Source of the DNA: Cenococcum geophilum
Taxonomy: Eukaryota
DNA length: 64,000 bases
Assembly: GCA_050273025.1 (NCBI GenBank)
Contig: CP158635.1
Coordinates: 11,346,001 to 11,410,000, forward strand
Direction: 5' to 3'
Every line of letters begins with the position of its first letter. Position 1 is the stretch's first letter. The notes beneath the pieces were generated by a model. That model was not told where the DNA came from. It saw only the letters and a list, made by a program, of their open reading frames with translations, and did no database searches. The position numbers and the translations under genes are program-made. This document shows, piece after piece, positions 1-10,619 of this stretch.

Positions 1-587
1 ATGTATTATCTTAGCTACTAATATCGCCTTAATTGGAGTTTTTTTACGCTCGTAATTTCTTCCCTAGTAGCCACCTCGTCCCCTTAGTTAGCTTATTTAA
101 GCTTAATCTATACTCTTCGTGGCTGCAATAACCCTTATCCTAAAGTACCTACTCTAAGTGCAGATACCATATACTCCTAGAGGTAGTCTCTATAAGGCGT
201 TTTAGCTAGGTTTAAAAACAAAAGGCATATCTATTATTGAGAGTAACTTCCTTAAAATTCAGAGTTCCCCTATCTTCTCCCCAAATCGACTACAAAAGGC
301 CGCGGACAACCTATTATCTAGACAGTATAACGGCCCCCCCCCGCTAATCTAGATTATAGAGGACGAGGAATAGGAAGTTAAAGAAATCCTAGCAGTTAAA
401 AAGGACCATAATGTCTTAAAATACTATACAAGCTAGGTAGGCCATGATAAAGACCTAGAATGGTATCCTGCATCTAATTTTAAGTATTCCCCCCATAAGC
501 TACGGGATTTCCACTTAGCCTAACTAGACCTCCCCAAACTACCACGCAAACTAGAAAACTAGATTAAATGCTAGGAAGAAGGGTTGG
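1..587 (+). mobile_element. 3' part of RIP-degraded Ty3/Gypsy (chromovirus) pol: integrase C-terminus and chromodomain
   Basis: ~360-520 translates EDEE*EVKEILAVKK..LKYYTS*VGHDKDLEWYPASNFKYSPHKLRDFH (chromodomain). Interrupted at 588 by a Copia element. Confidence 0.85.
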
Positions 588-855
588 TGTATAATTACAG
601 CACCTATTGTACCAAACGCGTGCTTACGCGTTCGGTACACTAGGTACGCGTTTACGCGTTCAGTGCACTAACCACTCGCTTACGCGTCTGGTGCACTTAT
701 AAAGCACTAACTAATTAGGGGGGAGGTGCATTAGTATATAGACCACGTAGTCTGCTTTATATAATTAACAGTTACCATCTAAACAAGTATACAATACTAC
801 ATGTATTTCGTGCCCGTGGATACGACTCACTTATGCTATTAAGTTAGTACAAACA
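588..855 (+). repeat. Copia 5' LTR
   Basis: tgtataattacagc...gtacaaaca; direct repeat of 6683-6950. Confidence 0.95.
616..687. promoter_or_regulatory. Cluster of five ACGCGT (MCB-like) motifs in the Copia LTR U3
   Basis: ACGCGT at 616, 626, 646, 654 and 682; retained in the 3' LTR. Function is inferred only. Confidence 0.45.
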
Positions 856-3800
856 CTGATCAGTAAGCGCGCACAGATCAGCAATTACTTAACACCTCCC
901 CCTAAGCGATACACACGACAGCGACCACCCGTTTAGACTCCTAGTACGACCTGCTAGAAGGTCGGAAGTTGGGGATTACGGACTTATCTCCAACTCTATA
1001 TACTTATTTAAGTCTTAGTACAGTTTACTAGAAGTTATAGACGCGAATATAGACCTATACAGAACCCCTATCCTTAACCCCCTTAAACCTTAAACCTCTT
1101 TAGACCTTTTACGGAAACTTCCTACCCTCCTACGAACTATTATGGACCCGTTAATTGATTTTACAGACTGTTATAAGACCTCCCCCACCCGTTATAAGCT
1201 GCTACTACCCGCTACGCACTATATTACACTATAGTATGGTAGATATTAGTAAGCAAGTCAGCGAAGGTTAAAAGAAGTGGAGATAAGGCGTTGACGTTAC
1301 GTCTATAAACGATGTTAACGACTATATTAGCTTTAAAATCCTTAAATATAAATACTTTAAGCTTATAAATAACGACCTGTGGGAGTAATATAAGGAAGAC
1401 TTTACGGACTTTACGGAAGCTATTTTTAAGGCTTACAACCCTACTGCCATCCGTAACCTACGAACCCTTTTATGTCACCAAGGCGTATAGGTTAAAAGGG
1501 ATAAACAAGTCACTGTTACACGGTCTCTATATAATATACTACGTAAGGAGGACCAAACGGAATAGATTAAAGAGCAGATCTTAGATTATATTAAAACCAG
1601 CGACCTCTTTACCTTCTTTAAACTTAATAGAATCTCTAGCCTTATAGCTAACCTATTTAACCGAATTCGTTCCACAAACCTAAGTGGCATTAGAATTAAT
1701 CTTACTGGCTAAAGTATACTTAATACTTAAGTTACGGACTATAATACCCCCGTAACCCAAATTACGGACCGTAATACCCCTATAAACCAAAATACGGACT
1801 AAATTACCCCTATTGTTTAAGTTATAGATCCGCAAGCCATATATCTATAAGCCACAGATCCGCAAGTTATAGATCCGCAATCTACCTAAGTAAAGACCTA
1901 CGGTAAGGAGCTAGCTAACCTAGCTAAGCTCTATACCGACGAATCTAAGTATAGTAGTAAAAACGATAACTTTAACTTTAAACTTACTATCTTTACGGAC
2001 CTCTGTCGGAAGGCTAATATTCTTAAACAGGAATTCAGCCAAGCCTACTCCACTATACTACGCGGCCTAGCACTTAACTACTACTACACTAACCTTAAGA
2101 GCAACCCCCTTGGTGTTCCCTTTAATAAGCTATACGAAGCTACATGTAACTACTTTAAAGGACCGGAATATAAGCGTAATATTCTTACCTAATGGAATGC
2201 GACCAAGCTACGGACCGTAATCGACAAGAATACTAAAAAATCGACTATAGAGTGCCTGTAAATTCTCATTAAAGACCTTCGGCACCTATAGCACGGCCTT
2301 AATACCAAGCTTTAAACAGACGACTTCCTATATAATAAACTTATTACAGCCTGCTAGGAAGTAGAGCCCTACAAGTACGCCTACTATAAGCCTACAGATA
2401 CCTTAGCTGGCCTTATTAATAACTTACGCTCCTTTATTGTAACGTATAAAGTCTTAAACCCACTAGGCAGCACTTAAGCCTTTGTTGCGGATATTTAATA
2501 TCCGCAAATAGACTTAGACGTCTACTTTACGGACCGCCGCTACCGCTAGCAGCACCTATACCGACCAAGTCCTACCCGTAACCCCTATAGCAACCCCCGT
2601 ATAAAAATATACCCCCGTAAATAAACTAGCTAGAAGTGCTTTATGTGCGGTAAGGAAGGATATTGGTCTATAAGGTATACCCAGGAAGAACGTAATAAGT
2701 CTAGGAAGAGACTTAATAGCCGTATTAACTAGTTTATTTTGGAATACAAAGGAGAGGAAGTAGAAGAGCCCCCTAATAAGTTAATAGAAGCCCTTATAAT
2801 TGACTTTAACTTAGACGCTTAAGAATAAGAGACCTTAGAGATATTCTTAACTACTTTTGGACCTTTTACGGACAGCTAAGCCTTTAATATTACGACCGTA
2901 TTAGCCGACCGTTCCTTTATACACTTAGTTGCGCCCAAAAACCATTCCGTAAGTACCCCTGTTATAGATATTACAGATTATAAGCAGGACCTATTTGCAT
3001 ATATTACTATAGAACGCTATACCCCTAAGGAATTCTATAGTGTTATAATCGACATAAGTACCTCTAAGAAGTCTACTGTAGGCTACGGACAATACCTTGT
3101 ATATAGGACCACCACAAATAATAATACGGATATTAATATTACGCAAACTAGGGCCGTAAACGTCTAATTTGGCATCGGCTTAACCGCATTAATTGGATTA
3201 GTTAAAGTTAAGACTCTAATTGGCCTAGTTAACTTCCACGTAGTAAAAGCGGACACCCCCTTCCTACTCTGTCTTGCAGACATGGATAGGTTATAGGTGT
3301 ACTACAATAATATTACGGATACCCTAATTGGCCCCGCAACTGCCCTAGGAAGTAAGTATATTACCCTGCTAATTATACGACGATTTGGACACCCGTTCCT
3401 TATATAGGGAGAGACTTTATAGACCTATATTTAGGAATCTTTTGACTATAACCCGTGCTACCTTACCAGTACGGAGATCTACCGCCTATACCGCTGTTTC
3501 GGCCACCTGTTAGCCGAAAAGCTGTATAGAGTCCTTAAACGCTCTGGATATGACAACGTTAATAGGAAGGCAATTAACCACCTAACTAAATACTGCTCCT
3601 TCTGCTAGAAATACGGACGTTCCCCAGGCTGATTTAAGTTTACCCTTTATAAGGACCTTAACTTTAACCACTTAGTATATGTGGACATTATATATATTAA
3701 CGGTAGTCTAGTATTATATATAATCGATAAGGCAACCCGCTATTAAGCCGCCTGTTGGTTGTAAAATATATCTATAAAATACACTTGGGATATTTTACGG

Positions 3801-6682
3801 ACCTGCTGGATCGACATATACGTTGGACCTCCGCAGTATATCACCTACGACGCTAGTAGGAACTTTATTAGCAAGGAATTCCAGCAGTATGCTATGGCTA
3901 TGGCTATATTAATAAAAGCTGTTCTAGTTAAGGCGCACTAGTCCGTTAGGCTTGTTAAGTAAGCTTACCTAGCCTTATAGAGAGCTTACTAGATCATTAT
4001 AGACGAGTGTAAGGACATCTAAAAGGAACTGGCTTTATAGATGGCCGTAAAGGCTATTAACGACACCGCTGGCCCCGACGGACTAGTACCCACCCTCTTG
4101 GTTTATGGAGCCTACCTAAGGATAAGTAACCTAGGCCCTCCTGCCCCGTCTATTATGGAACAAGCAGCTGTAATATGGAAGGCAATAACTAAAATAGTTA
4201 AGCTACGGGCTAAGTAAGCTATTAATAACGCCCTGTACTACCGTAATGGACCTAACACGACCCTAGTATACAACCTCCCGCTTAACTCTAAAGTCCTTAT
4301 ATGGCGTAAAAGCGGCAGTTGGAATGGACCTTATTGTCTACTAGCCGTAGAAAATGAGACGTGCTGCGTATAGCTTCCTAATGGGCCAACTAGCTTCAGA
4401 AGCACGTCTATAAAACCCTACTTTCGGCCTAAAAACACCCATAATGTTAAACTAGACGAACTAGAAGCACCCGTTAAACTAGACGAACCGGAAGCACCCG
4501 CCGAATTAAACGAATTAGAAGCACCCTTGCCTACCCTAAAAGTCCCCTAGAAACCCACTAAACCTACTAAACCTACTATAAAGCGTGGTTAAGGACGCCC
4601 CTAAAAGCACTCCGTAACCAAGAACACCGTAATAGAAAATCACCTAACCTCCGCAGAAATATCCGCAAGGCAATCTCCGCCTGTGGATATATTAGTTCTA
4701 GTATAGGAAACCCCATTTACGGACTTACGACGTAAAGAGATTAACGGACTACTTAAAAAGGGTGTCTTTGCGGTTATAATAGAGAAAGACGTCCTATAAG
4801 GCATCCGTATATTTAACTTATACTTTATTAACGAGATTAAGCACCCTAGTACTAATAAAGCCTTTAAGAAATTAAGGCTTGTTGTACAAGCTTATAATAA
4901 TAAGGGAAAGGACTTAGTCCTTACGTAATTGCCTATAATTTAATAAGTTAGCCAATGAATTATACTTGCACTTGCGCTAGGACTACAGTAAACTAAACCC
5001 GTAGCCCTATACTTATAGGACATCTCACAAGCCTATATGCAGTCCAATACCTACCTAAGTAGGGACATCTTTATACGACTACCCCGTGAGCTTAACCTAT
5101 AACTAGGAATAATTTTATAGGTTATAAAACCTCTTTACAGAGTACCAGAAGCTAGGAACCACTGGTTTAAGACGTACCACTAGTATTACGTTAGTAAGCT
5201 TAAAATAAAACAGTCGACCTACAACCCCTACCTCCTATACAGCCCATCGAACGGCTTTGGTATTGTTGGACTTTAAATAGATAATACCCTATTCCTAGTA
5301 GACTAGACCTTTACGGACGTTAAAGAAACTGAACTATAAAAGGCCAAGTTCTTGGCAAAGCTGTGAGAGTAGTTAACTAAGTAGAATCCGATTAAGTTTA
5401 ATAGAGGCTTAATTATATAAAAGGGTAACCTAATTAAGCTAACTTAGGAACGCCAAGCTTAAAACCTAAAGCTTGTTATAGTAAAGCCTACGGACCTTAC
5501 TAGTTCCCGCAGAGAGACCTATAAGACCGTAAATATAAAGGACTAATACGCTGCATAGCGTGCAAGAGGCGCCTATATTACCACAGTCTGCTAACCCAAA
5601 TCTGCCTATAACTTGTCCTTTGCGGCCCAGGCAGTAGATCCGCAAGAAGAAAATATTAAGCAGCTTAATAAGCGCATTTAGTGGCAAATTGATAATGCAG
5701 TAAGGGGACTTACTTTTATACCACTAGACCTGAATTCCCTTAGCCTACTGGCATTTACGAACGCCTCCTTTACTAATAATAAAGACCTATTATTACAAAT
5801 TGGCTTTATAATTATACTTATGGACCGCAATTAGGACGCAAATATACTATACTAGTCTTTAATTAAGTGCAAATGAGTAACCCGTAGTGTACTAGCTTCT
5901 AAACTATATACACTAGCTTATGGATTTAATATAGCAACTGCAATTAAATTAACGGTCCAGAAGATTTTATAACTGGAGTAGTTACCCCTGGTTTTATGTA
6001 CTAATTTAAAGTCCCTTTACGACTGCCTAGTTAAACTAGGTACGACATAAGAGAAGAGGCTTATGGTCGACCTAATATGCTTACGTTAGGCCTACAAACA
6101 ACATGAGATTATAGAGGTTAAATAGATTAGTAGCGGAGACAACCTAGTGGACGCTATAACTAAGGCAAAGCCGTATTAAGCCCTTAAAACCCTAATTAAC
6201 ACAAATAAGCTCAACCTAAAAGTTATAAAATGGGTAGAACGGGACTAACGGAGCACCTACGGTATGTCTACGGCCCGTTGGAAGGCCGTACAGCTCGTTA
6301 TACGGTACAGGTAGAAAACGGTAGAAAGCTACGGTGGAACTTGGTGGACTTACATAACCTGCCGAATTTTATAGGGTGGTTGAATTAACTAATTACGATT
6401 TTCCATTCCCGGGATGGAAAATCGCTATTAGTTTGCTTAGCACTAGCGCCTTAGCGGCCCTTAAAATCTAACTTATGGCTCGTCTACTGCCCGTTAAAAG
6501 GCCGTACGGTTTATTTTACGGACCGTAAGCAGAACTTACGGCCAGCTTGGGGCACCGTTTGGAAGGCAGCCTAAACGGCACCTTAGGGAGATTTCCTATA
6601 TATTTTCCTTTGTGTTCTATAGTTTTATTAAAGCAATTACGGAGGCTATACACAGGTGGTTTTATTTTTTAAGTACTGCTAG

Positions 6683-6950
6683 TGTATAATTACAGCACCT
6701 GTTATACTAAACGCGTGCTTACGCGTTCGGTACACCAGGTACGCGTTTACGCGTTCAGTGCACCAACCACTCGCTTACGCGTCTGGTGCACTTATAAAGC
6801 ACTAACTAATTAGGGGGGAGGTGTATTAGTATATAGACCACGTAGTCTGCTTTATATAATTAACAGTCACCATCCAAACAAGTATACGATACTACATGTA
6901 TTTCGTGCCCGTGGATACGACTCACTCGTGCTATTAAGTTAGTACGAACA
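6683..6950 (+). repeat. Copia 3' LTR
   Basis: tgtataattacagc...gtacgaaca; the differences from the 5' LTR that I compared are C/T and G/A transitions. Confidence 0.95.
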
Positions 6951-7200
6951 GTTGGATAATTATAACAATTTAGACGATAATAAGGAGCTTAGACAATACC
7001 TAAGGGCAGGCTTTTTTAAGAGAGGGGGGTAATATAACTATGCTAGGGCGCGAGGCAGATAAGGCAGATAAGGCAGATAAGGTAGGTAAGGTAGGTAAGG
7101 TGGATGAGGTGGTTAAATATATATAGTAATAGTGTTATTAGTTTCTAGTGCCTTGGATATATTTAGATAAACATTAAAGATTCAATTATATCACCTATGT
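6951..7200 (+). mobile_element. Remainder of the interrupted Gypsy: pol end, polypurine tract and 3' LTR (right end approximate)
   Basis: ctaagggcaggcttttttaagagaggggggtaa then tataac (RIPped tgtaac) at ~7033. Same PPT context as the Gypsy at 48121-48152. Confidence 0.7.
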
Positions 7201-7399
7201 AGGATTTTTAATCCTAATACTATATTCCTTTTTTATATATTTAATTCTGATATAATTTATAGGATTAAAAAAATAATACTGTTTAACAACTTCTTTAATC
7301 TCGTTTGAGATCGAACAAATATAATAGAAGTCTTAATATTAATATTTCGCTATTAGCTATTAAATCTTTCTCTTCCTTTAATCCTCCGCTTAATCTTAT

Positions 7400-8960
7400 A
7401 ATATTATTATACTCCCCCCGCAAACATTAATACGTTACACTTAGACGGCTTCTGCGAACTCTATAAGGTTATAAATATCTTAAACTATAAAAATCTCACG
7501 CTTATATTGTATATAAAAGGTAAGGGCGGCACAGTAAACAGATTAATACTTACGTTAGAGGTGTATAGGGAGAGAAAGAACCCTATACGTTACTTAAGAC
7601 CCCACTTTACTAATCCCAAGGGCCTTCTTAACGCAATGGCCGAGAGTAACGCGTATATATTAGGTTCTCGCGCTATAGACTACTTCGTACCTAGCTCTGC
7701 TAAGTTATATTCTAATTTTAACTTCTATATCCAAGCAGATATTAAAGGCATTTTTAAAATGCTTAGTAAGATAAAGTTAAGCCATAGCGTATAGTGGACC
7801 TCTCTAATATAGTCGCTAGTCCGAAAATTAAGCTTCCGAAAATTTAAGATAGACGTAAGAGTGTTGCAACACATATTTAAGTCTAAAGAATTTAATGCCC
7901 TAATAGAAAAGTATCCTTAAAAAAAGGTTTATTCCATAAAATACAGCGAGGGCCTAGATATATCCGCTAGGTATACCTTTAATAGAACCGCGTTTTTATT
8001 TAACTAAGATATATCTAGTTAAAACAATTATTGGGATAGAGATATAGATAAAATGGACTTACCTAATCCTATCTATAAGACTACGGAAGATAAGGAGTAT
8101 AACGCTTACATTTAGTTACGGCAGTTCTTCGCCGATCTTTATCATTATTAATATAACTATGACCTACGAGGATTATATAAGACGATCTGGGTCTTATATA
8201 ATAGGAAGGGATTATAGCATCTAGGGACGTTACTAACCTTTTCCTTTTAGCACGAAAATAACTATAATAGGCTAGACAAATACGACCGAGGCAGCGAAAT
8301 ACTCGAGGTAATTAAAGGAAAGAGCGTAAAGAGTAGGGTTCGTATACAATTAATGTTTAATACAGCCGTCCCTTAGTTAACTCCTTTTTATAACATCCTC
8401 TAATTCTATTTAAGTTAAGTTTAATATTTTATTTCTAGGCTTAGAGCGGTACATTTATACCCTAAACCCTCCCAGCGGAAGGAGGTATATACTTAGTTAT
8501 ATAGAGTAGAGACCCTACGTGTCTAGGCGGCTAGAAAGAAGTATAAAGTTTAAGGATATTAATATATAAAAAATTAGGCGGCGCTAGAACTCCGCAGAAT
8601 AGGGGATAATAAATCCTTATTTATACCATTTCCGCAAAGAGAGGGATAGTCGGCTAAAACACTAAAGTAGTTCCGGGATAATTTGCAGGTTATAGCTTAG
8701 TAGTAAAAGGAGACCTAGCTTAATCCTCTACTAGGATTATATTAGATACTCCTAAAAAACCGTTAAAGGGTAGACATTAAGGCCACATAGTAGAATACTA
8801 AAAATTTGGGATATACATATAATAGCCAATATCTCCTTTAGCAATTCTATACTAACTATTTTAATAAATATAGCATCTTACCTAAGCTCGGTATTATAGA
8901 CTCCTATATCCAAGCTAAGTATTATAGAGGGTAGTAGTTATAGGGCCTTAAGTATCCCTA
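7400..8960 (+). pseudogene. RIP-degraded gene with pol-beta nucleotidyltransferase-like motif
   Basis: 7657-7730 reads ILGSRAIDYFVPSSAKLYSNFNFYI, de-RIP ISGSRA.DYFVP......SDFDFY (hGS..DhD pattern). Later IQLM, VHLY, KY..GY and RRIGD..SLFIPF in the same degenerate ORF. Confidence 0.5.
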
Positions 8961-9484
8961 AAGCTACTATAGTATACTAGCAGTTAAACCGCTATAGTTA
9001 AGTCACAAATTAAGTATTGGCCGAGGGTTAATCACTATTTAATTAATAATAAATTAGGGGTATTTTAATATAGATCTTAGTGTATATTATAAGAGTATAA
9101 AGCCTCTTATAATTCGATAGAGTTCTTATTCTTAATCTTCTATTTAATATTAAAATATTAGAGCTTAGGTATATTCTTTTTTAAGTTTTTATATATAGTT
9201 ACACGGGACAATATTTAAATTATCTTGTAAAGCCTGCTATACCTTATATAGATTAATACTAATTATTATATATATCTATATACTTAGAGACTCCTAAGTT
9301 AAACTAGATAGTTATATTATACTAAAGTAAGACGGTAATAAAACAAGTCCGATTTAGGTCGACAATATATAAATCGCCTTAAGCAGCTCTAGAATTAAAC
9401 TTCGATTAATTTAAGGCATTCTACCTAGGAGCATATAGAATTTTTTTTAAAAGAACGCGGAATTCATAGTAAATTATAAAAAGA

Positions 9485-10575
9485 GATACGCTAGGTGGTT
9501 ATATAAGCTAGATAATCGTACAAACTAGGTAATTATATAAGCTAAATAGACAAGCGTAGCGCCCTCTAAACATATAGCTAGGATTTTAACGGATTTAGTG
9601 GCTGCGGCTTTAGTCCTATAAGCTAGGCGCTTATAGGAGCTAGGGGATCCTACGAGCTAGGTAATCGTATAAGTAGGGTAATCTAACCTAGCGCCTTCTA
9701 ATTAACGCCTAGCGTGCAAATAGAATATTAATAGGTTTAGTAACTCCGCGGCTTTAATCCTATAAGCTAGGCAATCCTATAAGCTGGGTAATCGTATAAG
9801 CTAGGTAATCGTATAAGCTAGGTAATTATATAAGCTAGATACTTATAGGAGCTAAATGCTTATAAAAGCTAGGTAATCTTACGAGCTAGGTAATCTTATA
9901 AGCTAGGTAATCTTATAAGCTAGGGGATCTTACAAGCTAGGTAATCTTGCGAGCTAGGTAATCTTATAAGCTAGGTAATCTTATAAGCTAGGGGATCTTA
10001 CGAGCTAGGGGATCTTACGAGCTAGGTAATTCCATAAGCTAAGTAATCTTGCGAGCTAGGTAATCCTATAAGTTAAGTGATTTTGCGAGCTAGGTAATCC
10101 TATAAGCTAGGTAATCCTATAAGCTAGGTAATTCTACAAGCTAGGTAATTCTACAAGCTAGGTAATCTTATAAGCTAGGTAATCCTACAAGCTAGGTAAT
10201 TATGCAAGCTAGGTAATTGTACAAACTAGGTACTTATAGGAGCCGGCCGATCCTACAAGCTAGGCAATTGTGTAAGCTAGGTGCTCGTAGGAGCTAGCTA
10301 ATCCTATAAACTAGGTGGTTATATAAGCTAAGTGCTTATAGGAGCTAGGCGCTTATAGGAGATTGTAAGAGCTAGGTAATTATAATCTAGTACCCTTTAT
10401 TAACGCTTAGCTGTAAGCTAGTCAATTCTATAAGCTAGGTAATCGCACAAGCTAGGCAATTATACGAGCTAGGTAATAGCAGGGTCTAAGTATAAGCCTA
10501 TCTTACTGCCTTTATAAAGTTAAAAATAACCACTAGTAAATTATGCGAGCTAGGTAATCCTATAAACTAGCTAAA
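9485..10575 (+). repeat. ~1.1-kb degenerate 17-bp minisatellite (consensus ~gctaggtaatcttataa)
   Basis: e.g. 9902-9952 gctaggtaatcttataa|gctaggggatcttacaa|gctaggtaatcttgcga; dozens of units with short interruptions. Confidence 0.9.
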
Positions 10576-10619
10576 AGGTATAAAGAGATTTAATACTAGC
10601 TAATTCCTCTATAACCTAT

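Larger units (their letters stand above)
588..6950 (+). mobile_element. Full-length RIP-inactivated Ty1/Copia LTR retrotransposon
   Basis: 268-bp TG...CA LTRs at 588-855 and 6683-6950; 5-bp TSD GTTGG (583-587, 6951-6955). Degenerate domains in Copia order: gag with CxxC knuckle (~2635), protease (~3045), integrase (FGH..CSFC, ~3500-4200), RT (KEINGLL, RDISQAY, KPLY.VPEA.NHWF), RNase H (AFTNASF). Confidence 0.95.

Noticed and set aside
9485..10575. CRISPR-like array
   Set aside because: Contiguous 17-bp units without unique spacers, no cas genes, and a eukaryotic context.
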